64,000 nt of DNA from Fuerstiella sp. GTDB taxonomy: Bacteria; Planctomycetota; Planctomycetia; Planctomycetales; Planctomycetaceae. The translations under genes were made by a program, and so were the position numbers. Below are positions 38,877 through 50,320 of the stretch, in pieces. A model generated the notes under the pieces. The model was not told the DNA's origin, made no database searches, and saw nothing but the letters and a program-made list of their open reading frames with translations. The stretch lies in contig JBDNHJ010000047.1 of NCBI GenBank assembly GCA_041688835.1, positions 334-64,333 of the forward strand, given 5' to 3'. Every line of letters begins with the position of its first letter. The stretch's first letter is position 1.

Positions 38877-40505
38877 TTAAACAACGGCTGCCCCATCATC
38901 AAAACTCACACTGCGTTGCAGCAGAATCATGATACGGTCCAGAAAGAACCCGATGATCCCAACAACAAAACAAGCGAAGATAATATTGGCGAATGAATGT
39001 GAGGAACCGTTTTGGTATTCATCCCACACAAACTTGCCCAAGCCATCCGACGAAGACAACGCTTCGGCGGCGATCAAGACCATCCAACCGACTCCCAGAG
39101 AGATTCGTAGCCCCGCAAACACCAGCGGCAATGACGATGGAATCACGATTTTGAATAGCCGCGACCACAGACTTAATCGCAGCACTCGAGCCACGTTCAT
39201 GTGATCTTGATCGATCGATGAAACACCCAACGCCGTATTGACTAACGCCGGCCAGACCGCGCAAATGGCGACCGTACAGGCAGAAAACACGAGGGCTGGG
39301 TTGACTCCCAAATCGCCAATCAGCGGCAGGCTGGCAAAGAATGTGAACAGCGGATGGTTTTCGGGGTCCGGGAAAAATGCACCGACCACGATCTGAAAGA
39401 TCAACAACCAGACAACGGGTGAGACCGGCTTGAACACCGAAATGATGGGCGTCAAACAGGCCATCACAACTTTATTCAGACCGCACATGATTCCCACCGG
39501 AATGGCAACCACGGCCGCCATCACAAATCCCACAAAGACGGTAAACAGACTGCGTTTCACCTGAAACCAAATCGTGGCGGTTCGCGGATACTGCTGTTCC
39601 GCCGTGCGTTCTGCCGTTTGTTTGCCACTGACGACAGACTTCGCCGCCGCTAGGACGGCCGCTGGCGTCGTCGCCGTTTCGAGTTTTTGCAATGCTGCTG
39701 CTGTCTTGTCTTCTGCCTTGGCCACCTTAATGTCACGATTGCCTGTCTTCAGGTAGTCAAGACGTTTGCGAAGGTGGCCCGCTTCGTTTGCGACGGCATT
39801 AGAAGCCAGTCGAGCTTTCTTCAACGCTTTGGGTGGATTCGAACGAACGTCGTTCATTTGCTCCTTGATAAGCTTTTCCGCATCTTTTTCTGCGTCAGTC
39901 ACGTCACTGTCAGCGAGAATGGCTTGTAGCAGTTCAACAGAACCGATCTTTTTCGCGGCCACATCCTTCGCCAGCTTTTGAATGCTGGCCTTGCGCTGTG
40001 TCTGCAACAGGTCTCCCTGCGCGACAAGTGCGTCGTACTCAGATTGCAATGGGGCGATATCATCGGCGATCTCTGCCTTGACATCCTGTTCCACCTGCAG
40101 CAGCGCGGCTTTCAGTTCAGTCGATTCCGCTTCTTTGAGTTCCAGTTCCGCTGTTACTTGAGCGATCACAGCGTCTCGTTCTGCTCCGCTCAAGCCGAAG
40201 TCAGCCTGTTTTTCGTCTTCGCGTTCGTTCAGAGTGTCGTTCACCACGGCTGCGTCCCACACTTGAGTAGGTGTGGGAACTTCGCCCGATTTCGTTTTGT
40301 GTCGTGGTGCGATCACAGCCCAGAGTCCCAGACACAACATCACAAACAGCATCGGCGTGATCAGGTACTTCGCGATGTCGGCGGACTGTTTCTTGGGCTC
40401 TTCACCAAAAGCCAAACGAACCACGGGATCGAAGACTTTGAATCCGCTGACATCAATGGCCTTCAGCAACCCGTACTTAATTTTGTCTTGCGTTGATTCG
40501 GACAT
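38877..40505 (-). CDS. nrtB: nitrate ABC transporter permease with long periplasmic coiled-coil insertion
   Basis: 'FKPVSPVVWL', 'VWPALVNTALGV', 'GLRISLGVGWMVLIAAE'; ~250-aa helical region after TM1. Confidence 0.88.
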   Translation of the reverse strand: MSESTQDKIKYGLLKAIDVSGFKVFDPVVRLAFGEEPKKQSADIAKYLITPMLFVMLCLGLWAVIAPRHKTKSGEVPTPTQVWDAAVVNDTLNEREDEKQADFGLSGAERDAVIAQVTAELELKEAESTELKAALLQVEQDVKAEIADDIAPLQSEYDALVAQGDLLQTQRKASIQKLAKDVAAKKIGSVELLQAILADSDVTDAEKDAEKLIKEQMNDVRSNPPKALKKARLASNAVANEAGHLRKRLDYLKTGNRDIKVAKAEDKTAAALQKLETATTPAAVLAAAKSVVSGKQTAERTAEQQYPRTATIWFQVKRSLFTVFVGFVMAAVVAIPVGIMCGLNKVVMACLTPIISVFKPVSPVVWLLIFQIVVGAFFPDPENHPLFTFFASLPLIGDLGVNPALVFSACTVAICAVWPALVNTALGVSSIDQDHMNVARVLRLSLWSRLFKIVIPSSLPLVFAGLRISLGVGWMVLIAAEALSSSDGLGKFVWDEYQNGSSHSFANIIFACFVVGIIGFFLDRIMILLQRSVSFDDGAAVV

Positions 40506-40583
40506 GATTCTTCTTAAACGAAAAGCGACGAGATGAACGCCACTCGCCACTCACAATGTATTGATGTAATCAGCCGCACGGCG

Positions 40584-42092
40584 CTAGTCTTTATTGCCGA
40601 TTTTGTGACTGTTCAGATATTCAATCGGCTGCCGCGCGTCGTACTCCAAACCGTCGATAAAATCTGTTGTGGCAGGACGGTAGCCGTCTGATTCCCACGG
40701 CACATCCGCTTCTTCGATGTGGCCTTCTGCCAACAAGCGCTTGGCCGCTGCCAGATAGATGGCGGGCTGATAAACTTTTTTGGCCGTGTCGGCGTACCAT
40801 TCAGCCGACTTCGGCTCTGTGATCTGCCCCCAGCGTCGCATCTGAGTCAGAAACCAAATGCCGTCGCTGTACCACGGGTAAGAACAGTAGTGTTTGAAGA
40901 ACACATTGAAGTCGGGCATCTCACGCTTGTCAGATTTCTGGAAGTAAAAGTATCCGGTCATCGAATTCTTGATGATGTCAAAGTCAGCTCCCACATAGTT
41001 CGGCTGCGACAACAACCGACAGGCTTCGACACGATTCACCAGTGTGCCGTCCGTGTCCGTTTCATCCAGCCATTTTCCGGCACGAATCAACGCTTTCACA
41101 ACGGCAATATGAGTGTTTGGATTTTCGTCAGCCCACTCTTTGGTGACACCGAACACCTTTTCAGGATTGTTCTTCCAGATGTCGTAGTTCGTGGTCACAG
41201 GCACGCCGATTCCCATCGACACGGCCTTTTGATTCCACGGTTCGCCCACGCAATAGCCACGGATGTTGCCTGATTCTAAGGTCGACGGCATTTGTGGCGG
41301 AGGCGTGACGGAGAGCTCAACCTGGGCTTCGGTAAAACCCTTGATGTCTTCTGACGTGTACATTCCGGGATGAATTCCCGCAGCCGCCAGCCAATATCGA
41401 AGTTCGTAATTGTGCGTTGCAGTCGGGAAGACCATGCCCATTTTGAGCTTCTCGCCAGCGTCAAGTTTTTCCTGCACCACTGGCTTCAGGGAATCTGCTG
41501 TGATGGGATGTTTGGGCGTTGGCGAATCCAGAGCCGCGTCATTCTCGACCATCTTCTCCCACACTGCGTTCGAAACGGTAATGCCGTTGCCGTTTAGGTC
41601 GAGCGTATAGGCGGTGATGATGTGAGCCTTGGTTCCGAAGCCAATCGTTGCCGCAATGGGCTGTCCGGAAAGCATGTGAGCTCCATCCAGCTCACGGGTG
41701 ATTACGTTGTCCAACAGCTGCTTCCAGTTCGGCTGAGCGATCACTTCCACCTGCAGACCTTCTGCTTCGAAGAAACCTTTCTCTTTGGCAATCACGATCG
41801 GTGCGCAGTCTGTGAGTTTGATGAAACCAAACTTCAACGCGTCTTTTTCGAGTTCCAAGGCGGGCATGCCCGATGCAGCTGCGGGCGACTCACCCGGTGG
41901 AAGTGCTGCGGGCGGTTCCAGCGATGCGTCGACAGCCGGTGGAGTATCCACGATGTCTTCAGTCGGATTCGCCCCAGTTGACTTTGGCGTTTCACTGGAT
42001 TCGCCGCAACCGAGCGTTGACAGCAAAGCAACGAACAGACAGCTGACAAGCAGGCGTCGACTGACGTCGAGGCATAACGAAATTGGCACCAC
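40584..42092 (-). CDS. nrtA: NrtA/CmpA-family substrate-binding lipoprotein
   Basis: Lipobox 'TLGC'; '[21 protein letters not shown]', 'LDGAHML', '[15 protein letters not shown]', 'GYCVGEPWN', 'NNPEKVFG'. Confidence 0.9.
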   Translation of the reverse strand: MVPISLCLDVSRRLLVSCLFVALLSTLGCGESSETPKSTGANPTEDIVDTPPAVDASLEPPAALPPGESPAAASGMPALELEKDALKFGFIKLTDCAPIVIAKEKGFFEAEGLQVEVIAQPNWKQLLDNVITRELDGAHMLSGQPIAATIGFGTKAHIITAYTLDLNGNGITVSNAVWEKMVENDAALDSPTPKHPITADSLKPVVQEKLDAGEKLKMGMVFPTATHNYELRYWLAAAGIHPGMYTSEDIKGFTEAQVELSVTPPPQMPSTLESGNIRGYCVGEPWNQKAVSMGIGVPVTTNYDIWKNNPEKVFGVTKEWADENPNTHIAVVKALIRAGKWLDETDTDGTLVNRVEACRLLSQPNYVGADFDIIKNSMTGYFYFQKSDKREMPDFNVFFKHYCSYPWYSDGIWFLTQMRRWGQITEPKSAEWYADTAKKVYQPAIYLAAAKRLLAEGHIEEADVPWESDGYRPATTDFIDGLEYDARQPIEYLNSHKIGNKD

Positions 42093-42158
42093 AGGACTCC
42101 GGAGGATGAGAAGGGAGACGTCCAGAAAGGTTTCGCCTGAAAGCTCTCAACCCCATTT

Positions 42159-42174
42159 CGCAAAGCTCGTGCCG
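42159..42174 (-). promoter_or_regulatory. sigma54 (-24/-12) promoter of the nrt operon
   Basis: Minus strand CGGCACGAGCTTTGCG is GG-N10-GC and close to the consensus TGGCACG-N4-TTGC; ~66 bp upstream of the nrtA start. Confidence 0.75.
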
Positions 42175-42365
42175 CTGACAGAATTTGCTCTAAGAATCCC
42201 TGTGCCGAACGCGAAACCCACGGAATACCGCGTAAACACGGCTGGCCGCGTGGCAAACCACATCTCGCCAGCGAAACGTTTACGCAGTAATCACCGCGAA
42301 TCGCACAACATCGCTGCATTGCTGCCCGTTAGATAAGCGAATCTCGCGGGAGCACCCGGGTGCGT

Positions 42366-44504
42366 TTACGCGGCGACTCGCGAAGCGGCCGCGAGCTTCA
42401 GATTTTTCACCGTCAAACGTTTTCGTTTGGCGAAGCATGCCAGAAAAGCGGGCAGCAACAGCAAGTCACCCACAAGTGCGGCGTTCAGCAGTGTGAACAT
42501 CAAAATTCCAAACCGCATCGTCGGTCGGAAGGGCGACAGCCCAAGTGCCAGCAAACCACAGCCACAGATCACGGCCGACGAAATGATCGGCAGACCCGTC
42601 TGCAACAGTGCCTTTCGGACAGCTCGATAACGGCAGCCGGTGTCCGTCAAACTATCGCGATAGCTGAACAAAAAGTGGAACGTTCCATCAACGGCCAGTC
42701 CCAAGGCGATGCTGGCGGTCATCATGATGCCGATGTCGATCGGATAGTCCGCCCAGCCAAGTGCTCCGAACACCAACAGGATCGGCGTTAGGTTCGGAAT
42801 CATCGCGATCAAGCCGGCAGACAACGATCGCAGAGCCAACATCATGACGACCGTGATCAGCAAAAATGCCGAAGCGAAACTTCTCCAGAACCCTTCAAAA
42901 ATTTCCGTCTGAGCGTGCTCCAGCAACGGACCAACACCAGTGAAGTGGACCGGCAGTCCGGCACAACGTATGTCCAAGGCATTCATTGTCGCTCGCACAT
43001 CCGACGGAGCATCAGATCGCAGGCGCATGGAAACTCGCCACAGTCGACTTCCATCTGCCATCAGACCGTTCGCACCCGATCCGCTGGACGAAGCGGAAGC
43101 CAGCTTCGACAACGAGAGAGTGTTTTCGGAAAGTTCTTCCGGAAAGAAATCGGCCAGTGATAACGCATGGCAAACGTTATCTATCTCGGTCACCAGCGTT
43201 TCAATCTCACGAACCTGACGCAGTCGCTCCACAAACGACGATTGCGTATCGCCAAAATCAACGACAGCTTCGATCGATGTCGGGCTGGTCAAACATTCCT
43301 GAACCAACACGGCATCTCGACGAACCGGATCGTTAAGCGGCAGGAAGTCCAAAGCGTTAATCAGTGATTCCAGTCGCAGCACGCCCACTGCACACACGGC
43401 AGTCACCGCCATCCCCGGCAGCAAAACTCGCCAAGGTCGGTTCACAATAAACGTCGCGATTCTCAGCAAACCTTGGCGGCTGGTGCTGCCAGACGATGGC
43501 TTGTACTTGAGCGCCCCCACTACGGCCGGTGTTACCAACACACCCACCAGAAAGCTGTAAGCCGTGCCGATCGCGGCCGCCGCACCGAATGCAGGAATCG
43601 GTCCAACATCAGACACAGCCAGACTGACCAGGCCAATCACGGTGGTGATGGCAGCAAACGCGCTGGGTCGAATCACGGACTTCAACGAACGCCGAATCGC
43701 ATCCGGGTGCGGGTACTCGTGAGAATAATGGCCCACAAAATGAATTGCGGCGGCTGTCGTAAACACCATCACCATCACCGGCAGTGACGACATGATAAAA
43801 TTCATTTCGCCGCCGACGATCCAGATCGTGGCCAGCGTGAGTTCAATACACAGCACATTGGCCAGCATCAATCCGCCCGATGTTTTCCAGCAACCGATGT
43901 TGAGCCGCAGCAACAGAAAACAAATGACCAGTGTTAGACCGAACAGAAACATGGCTTGCTGACGACTGCCCAGCTTATCCAATTGATCGGCAACAATGGG
44001 ACCACCGGCCAAGACCGCGTGATCCATGCCACAGTACAGCAGCTGGGCGCGAATATCGATAATCGTTTGCTTGCGATGCGCGATGCCGTGTTCGTTGATC
44101 GACACCAGCATCGTTTCCAGATCGTCCGCTGGCGTTGCCAAAAGATTCACCAAGCGATCGCGGGCGGTCTGTTCCGACACATCATTCGCCAGCATCGTTT
44201 CCAGCACCTGCTGACGACTCCAGCAACTGGCGACACCGTCAAGTCCGCCCAACCGCGAAGCAGCAGCAGCGATACGTTCCGGCGCAGGAAACGGCTTTTC
44301 AAACGCAATCAGAATCGTTTCATCAGCACCGAAGGTGTGACAAAAATGATCATAGTCTTGCCGGATTGTACTGTTGCGCGGTAACCAAGTTTCAATGCTG
44401 TTGTTCGAAGGAACCATTTCTCCCATGATCGTCAGCGCCGGCAGAGCCAACAGACAGCACACGAGGATGGTGTTCGAATATCGCTTATAAAACTCTGATA
44501 CCAT
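42366..44504 (-). CDS. MMPL/RND family exporter
   Basis: Two TM bundles; 'TTVIGLVSL', 'SIALGLAVDGTFHF', 'LVGDLLLLPA'. Confidence 0.88.
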   Translation of the reverse strand: MVSEFYKRYSNTILVCCLLALPALTIMGEMVPSNNSIETWLPRNSTIRQDYDHFCHTFGADETILIAFEKPFPAPERIAAAASRLGGLDGVASCWSRQQVLETMLANDVSEQTARDRLVNLLATPADDLETMLVSINEHGIAHRKQTIIDIRAQLLYCGMDHAVLAGGPIVADQLDKLGSRQQAMFLFGLTLVICFLLLRLNIGCWKTSGGLMLANVLCIELTLATIWIVGGEMNFIMSSLPVMVMVFTTAAAIHFVGHYSHEYPHPDAIRRSLKSVIRPSAFAAITTVIGLVSLAVSDVGPIPAFGAAAAIGTAYSFLVGVLVTPAVVGALKYKPSSGSTSRQGLLRIATFIVNRPWRVLLPGMAVTAVCAVGVLRLESLINALDFLPLNDPVRRDAVLVQECLTSPTSIEAVVDFGDTQSSFVERLRQVREIETLVTEIDNVCHALSLADFFPEELSENTLSLSKLASASSSGSGANGLMADGSRLWRVSMRLRSDAPSDVRATMNALDIRCAGLPVHFTGVGPLLEHAQTEIFEGFWRSFASAFLLITVVMMLALRSLSAGLIAMIPNLTPILLVFGALGWADYPIDIGIMMTASIALGLAVDGTFHFLFSYRDSLTDTGCRYRAVRKALLQTGLPIISSAVICGCGLLALGLSPFRPTMRFGILMFTLLNAALVGDLLLLPAFLACFAKRKRLTVKNLKLAAASRVAA

Positions 44505-44821
44505 CCGCAACTGCCACTCATACAGAAGAAATTCGATAGAAGCCTGACCTCGGTATCGAATCAATGGTCAAGATGGCGTCACTTCGATTACTCACCGAAT
44601 CTGTTCGTGAGGATCTTTCTGCAAGACTTGTCGGATCTACAGTATCGTCGGCAGATTCCGTCATTCACGGGCGAACGAAGAAAGAGTCACCGCTTCGGTA
44701 ACACTCAAGGTCAGCCCAAACAACCCGGTCGGCGCAACAGCACGGCCCAGCGCCCGCGCAATCGTCACGCCCCTCACTTTGTGGCGATGTCAGCACCGAC
44801 CATTGACGATTTTCAATAGAA

Positions 44822-45890
44822 TCATCTTGCGAACGCTTCGCTTTGAACGGCGGCGTGGATCAATGTGCGGATCCCAACGTCTTTATCTTCGGCGTGATTT
44901 TGCAGCAGTTTCAGCACGTCCGTCTTGTCGGCGGGATCGTCTATGCGGCCGGTTGCGTGAACCAGCAATTTGGATGCGAGGTTGCGTGCGACGAGGTCGA
45001 TTCGCTTCATCAGATGTGTTTTCAATTGCACGATGTCGTCGAAAGCTTCGCCCGACGGCAACTCCCCCGACGGATCAACCTGCGGCCCCTGTCGACGCCA
45101 AGCTCCGTCCAACAGATAGCTTTCTCGAAACTGACCGATCTCGTCGAACGACTCAAGCGCGAATCCAGGTGGGTCAATCCGATTATGGCAGGCGGCGCAT
45201 GTGGCGACTTCGCGGTGCGCGGTCAGTTGCTCACGGATCGTTGTGGTGCCGCGCGTGTCGGGTTCCAGCGGTTCGATGTCGGGCGGTGGTGCTGACGGCG
45301 GTGTTCCTAACAAGCTCTCCAAGACCCAAACACCTCGCAAGATGGGTGATGTATCGATGCCATTCGCGGTCGCCGTCAAGATACTGGCCTGTCCGAGCAA
45401 TCCGCCACGCCGTCGATCGCTGAGTGCAACGTGCCGGATGTGCGAGCCCTGCACTCCATCAATACCGTACAGCCGTGCCAGCGAAGCATTCAGAAACGAG
45501 TAGTCGCTATCGATCAATACAGAAACACCGAGATCGCGTTCGATCGCGTCGGCGATGTAGGCTCGTGTTTCGGCACGCATCGAGTCTTCGAGCTGCTCGT
45601 TGAAGTAGCGAGGATGTTCGGAATGACTCGGAAGCATCGTCCCGAGCTTTTCCAATTGCAGCCATGCGTCTGTCAAACTGACGATCATTCGTGAACTGCG
45701 TTCGTCATTCAAGAGACGCTCGGTTTGCGTCCGTAGCACTCCGGGGTCTCGCAGTCTGCCTTGGTTGGCAAGTTGCCGAAGCGTTTGGTCGGGCGGTGCC
45801 GACCAAAGAAAGAATGCCAGCCGCGAGGCTAATTCGTGTTGGTCCAGTGGCCCCTGCCGCGTGCGATGGAGTGGAAAAAGAAATGCGGGT
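44822..45890 (-). pseudogene. C-terminal fragment of a DUF1592/DUF1588/DUF1585 planctomycete protein
   Basis: The frame upstream of the ORF reads 'HELASRLAFFLWSAPPD'; then 'RGGLLGQASIL...TSPILRGVWV...CAACHNRIDPPGFALE'; N-terminal domains absent. Confidence 0.75.
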
Positions 45891-46599
45891 CGTCGATGAA
45901 CGGCTTCACCAGCGCCAAGTTTTCGTCGGTGTGGAAGTACGCCAGTGCTCGGATTCCTCTCCGTCGGCGGATCGGATCGTCACTGCGAACCGCAGCCTGC
46001 GCTCGTTGCTCCAACTGCTCATCGACAGGGACAAACAGGCCAAGATGTCCTCCGATGCGATAGGATTCAATCCAACGCGTTTTCGCAACGACCTCTCGGG
46101 GAACGATCAGTTCAAATGTATGCACTCTTTGAACGTTCGCTGGCAGACGGCGCACCGCAGTACGGATCGCGTGGATCATTGCCTCCGGATCACGCAATAA
46201 TTTGACATCCGCTGTCATGACTTCCAACGTCTCTGGATCAAGTTCGATCGCAACGCTTTCGTCATCGTTACCCCTCGACACAGCGACCAACAGGCGATTG
46301 GAACGTTCTTTCAACCCCCGCAGAATCGAAACGCGGTACGGCAGATAGACATTCAGGCCTCGGTACGGCTCATCGCGAAAGAGTTCCGCCTCGATCGTTT
46401 CTTCTATGGCGATGTCCACTTGATACCCGTTACGCTCGTCATCGGCATCTTTGGGCCGAACATCGACAAGCTTCGCAATGAAGACGTACTCCGAGTTGAT
46501 CACGGTGGTTTCGATGGCAGAAGTCCGGGCACACAGCGGCTGTCCCAACCGGGAACCAGAGAAAGACGCCGAAAGCGAGAACAAGTTTTGTCCGGGCAA
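45829..46599 (-). pseudogene. truncated hypothetical protein with HEAT-like end, joined to the DUF1592 fragment
   Basis: No clear start; ends in 'SDDPIRRRRGIRALAYF' then runs into 'PHFFFH', which resembles the linker before DUF1592. Confidence 0.45.
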
Positions 46600-46645
46600 C
46601 TTGCATGTCCCCTATTCCTTTCCCAAAGTCAATCCGATCGCATAG

Positions 46646-46975
46646 TCATATGAACACACAATTCACACGTCGGCTTGCGGTGCTGGCGGCGATCACAACG
46701 TTTTCAGTCCGAATCCACCCGGTCAGTCGGTATTTTGTGTGAGGCTTGACTTGCACAGAGCGGCCCAGTTGCATGTCATTTAGCTGTTCCGCTGGCTGAA
46801 GTTGCAGCGTCCACGCATCAAGTGCGATACCATCTTCACGCGGCATGAATCGGACGGTGTGCTTACCAAGCTTTAGTCGCCATAAAAGAGGATCGCTCTG
46901 GCCGCTTATCCCGGCAGCACTCACGTAGAATTTGTATTTGCCTTCTGTGGTGATCTCGATTTCATAGTCTACCCT
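46646..46975 (-). pseudogene. remnant of carbohydrate-binding-module-like domains
   Basis: 'YEIEITTEGKYKFYV...GKHTVRFMPREDGIALD' followed abruptly by CBM4/9-like 'VQVKPHTKYRLTGWIRTENV'. Confidence 0.45.
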
Positions 46976-47281
46976 TGGGATTAGGTCATTGCCCGATTGC
47001 GGCCCTGTGATTCAGGTGTTAAATACATATCGTCGCTATCCGGGAAAACTATCAAAAGCCATCTCTGAGTATCGATATCGTACCCTTCTTCATCACGCGA
47101 TTCGGCAGGGCAAATCCGCCATTCGTCATTCGGTTGCTTGCTGAGATGCGCCGCAACGAAGGGCGTCAGCCAGCACTGCCAGGAAACCGTCACCGCCATT
47201 TGCGCCGACGCCTCGGTCGGGGTCCGGACTCAGTGATGCCACAGTTGTGCCTAGCGTTCGTGTTCGATCACGGATTTCGCA

Positions 47282-49441
47282 CTACAGAACCAATGTTGTC
47301 AGCAGCGTCACAATCGATACTGCAGAAATCAGATAGCCCAGAGACTCGGTCAACACCTGAGAGTCTGGGAAGAGGATGAGACACAGCTGTTCAACCACCC
47401 AGATCGGAATTGCGACAGCGACGATCGCGATCGCGCCGATCATTTGAGTCGCGCCGATCATCACCACCAGTGGGAACAGATTGGTGACCAGCAGAACATT
47501 GCCCACTCTGAATCGGTCGGCAACGCCAGAAAGCGGCCACGGCACCCATCCGAACGCACGTTTTACGGAAATCGCGTATTTGTGGATCGGCATGTAGAGC
47601 AAACGTGCGGCGCCGTATGTGACACCACACGACATGTGAACGGCGTAGACCACAAAGAACGCGACGCCGGGAATTTCGAATGCGTGTGAGAACTCGATTA
47701 GAAAGATACAGGCAATCGCCACTCCAAGGCTGCCCCACATCCAAGCCAGACTTCCCACCATTCTGTACCTCTTCAGCACCCATGTCGCGAGGAGCGTGTT
47801 GAGCAGCACGACTGAAACATTAAGCAACGCATCTTCCGGGCTGTTCTTTGCGAAAGAGCTGTAGCCCATGACAACAATGAAAAGGCCAATGAACGACGCC
47901 ATTCCAACCACCATCGCATAGCCGAAGCAGAGGCAGTTCTTTCCCACGTTCATGAACATCAATTCTAGGGGCCTCGCAGTCGAAAGCCCAAGCCATCGCG
48001 CGGCGCTGATCGTTGGTCCGGAGAGGCATAGAATAACGAGGAGTTTCGTCGTGACGCCAGAGCTTGTTTGGCTAACAATCTGCGGCACCCCAGCCATGGC
48101 AAACAGAATTCCGCCCAAAGCAACGATCAGGATAGCCATCACCATCACCGCGACTTCAGCTCGCTTCCTCGCGGCCCACTTTCGAACTCTCTCAATTCGC
48201 GTCGGCTTCCGGCTAAGTATGGGTTCGTCGTTTAAATACCGGCCAAGTTCTTCGGCCAGAAATTGAGCACTGGTCGGTCGGTCGCTCGTGCATTTCCTTT
48301 TCAAGACACTTCAGGCATATCGTTTCAAGATCTTCGTCAACTTCCGGATTCAGCATTCCGGGTGGCACTGGGGCTGTGTCCGTGACCAGTCGGAGGGTTT
48401 CAATGACATTGGATGTTTGAAACGGAGGTCGCCCCGCCAGCAGCCGATACAGCATACCGCCAATAGCATAAACATCGGACAGCGGACCAATATCGTGGAT
48501 CCGTCCGACCGCCTGCTCAGGAGCCATGTCGCTGGGAGTGCCCATGACCGCGCCTGATTGCGTCAGGCCGGCGTCTCGTTCGATTGTTCGAGCCAGACCG
48601 AAATCGGTAACTTTGGGTTGGTCGTCAGCATCCATCAGGATGTTTGAAGGCTTCAGGTCCCGGTGGATGACTCCGAGGTCATGAGCGTGTGCGGTTGCCT
48701 CGGCGATCTTCTTCGTCACTTCTGCGGCGGCACGTGGAGAGAGCGTGGTTTCGCGGGCTTTGTCTTCCAGGCTCTGGCCTCAATATATCCCATCGTAAAA
48801 TAGTGCTGATCTGAACACTCACCAATGTCGTAGATCGGGACAATGCCGACGTGATCGAGCCTTGCCGCTGCTCTGGCTTCGATCCGGAAACGCTGAACTT
48901 CTTCGTCTCCGGCGTTTCTGCCCGACAGAATCATTTTTAACGCAACAATGCGATCCAGTTTTCGGTGTCGGGCTTTGTAGACGACCCCCATGCCGCCACG
49001 GGCAACTTCTTTGAGGATGATGTAGTCGCCGAGTTCTGCTTCGACAACTGCGTCAACGTTCCGATCGCCATTCTCCGGTCTATGAGTTGGCAGAAGGGGC
49101 GTCTCGATGGCGTCGTTGTGGCCAATGACCGTCGCCTTCATTGACTGGTTGTCAGTTGGTGGAACGGCCTTGCCTTCCGATTCCTGAAGCGTGTCCTTGA
49201 CCAGCTGAGCGATATCTTCGCCGAATATCGCATAGTCAGCGACTGTCGGTGATTCACCCCGTTTGGTGCGACACTCGACCTCCAATACGACCAGTTCCCG
49301 AATCAAAGCCTGGCGGCTTGATTCGTCGATTCGTGCGGCAAAGTCGGAAATCCTCGGGGAGTGGCCTGAGTTCCAAGCGGCGTCGAAGGCGTCACAGATT
49401 TCATCAATCTGGCGAATGTCTGACATACAGGTCTCGCGCAC
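47282..49441 (-). pseudogene. membrane Ser/Thr protein kinase broken by two frameshifts
   Basis: Three consecutive ORFs carry 'ARGGMGVVY..VALK', 'IHRDLKPSN..DFGLA..GTPSDMAPE' and 'SAQFLAEELGRYL' plus a multi-TM C-terminus. Confidence 0.88.
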
Positions 49442-49644
49442 TGTGCTGTTCGGGCTTCCGGAAGAGAGCCTGACGGAATTGACGCAACCGAAAAACGATT
49501 GCGCAGACAGTCACTCGGGCGCTCCTAACCGCGGATGTTACCGAAAGGATGCTGACTTTGCACGTTGCCGGACGTGCTTCTCTAACGAAACAACTAAGGG
49601 TGTGAGCCTCGCAACCTGTGTGAGGGTGGCAAGAGTCACACGCG

Positions 49645-49920
49645 ATGAATGCGGCTCTGCGTCAGTTCGTCAGTGATCGAACGCACAACCGTTGCGAATA
49701 CTGCCGACTGCCTCAGACGGCGTCGCCGTTTCTGCGATTTCATATTGAACACGTAGAAGCGAGCCAACATGTGCTCGATGACAGCGAAAGCAATCTATGC
49801 CTTGCGTGCCCTCGTTGCAATCTTCAGCGGGGGCCGAACCTGACAACGCTGATTGAGCCAGATCGGAAGTTGGTGCGGCTGTTTCACCCCCGTCAGGATC
49901 AGTGGGACGCAGCTCATTGA
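49645..49920 (+). pseudogene. HNH endonuclease, probably C-terminally truncated
   Basis: 'CEYCRLP...FHIEHV...NLCLACPRCN...LFHPRQDQW' then an early stop. Confidence 0.7.
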
Positions 49921-49952
49921 TTTGTAACGACTTGCATGTTCTGATTCTGGAC

Positions 49953-50050
49953 ATGCCTCGACGACCAAGAATTTGTTCCGCTGGAACTTGCTTCCATGTC
50001 ATCAATCGCACCGTTGCTCGGTTGCCTCTTTTTGAAAAAGAGAGTGACGA
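49953..50050 (+). mobile_element. N-terminal remnant of a Y1 HUH transposase (RAYT / IS200-like)
   Basis: 'MPRRPRICSAGTCFHVINRTVARLPLFEKESD' matches the RAYT N-terminus (HVxNR...IF); the similarity ends before the HUH motif. Confidence 0.65.
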
Positions 50051-50320
50051 ATCGTTTGCATCATCCTGTCGCGGTTCTGCATTGTATCTGCACGGCGACC
50101 AATATACACCGGCACGCAAACGGTGGTTCGACGGACAGAGTCGCCCGCGTTGCGTGGGCCATCAGCACGTTGTGCATCATGCTAACCCGCGTCGCAACTG
50201 GGAACTTGGCGAGCCGACTTCGTAGCATTGGCCGTCAGGGGAGGCTTTCGGAGGGCGGCGTGCGCGAGTACAGTAGAGGAAGCTGCTTTTCCCGCCATCC
50301 TGAAGAAAAAATTGAAACTC

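Noticed and set aside
49645-49920. HNH gene as part of a defence or toxin system
   Set aside because: Truncated, with no partner methylase, immunity or ATPase gene adjacent
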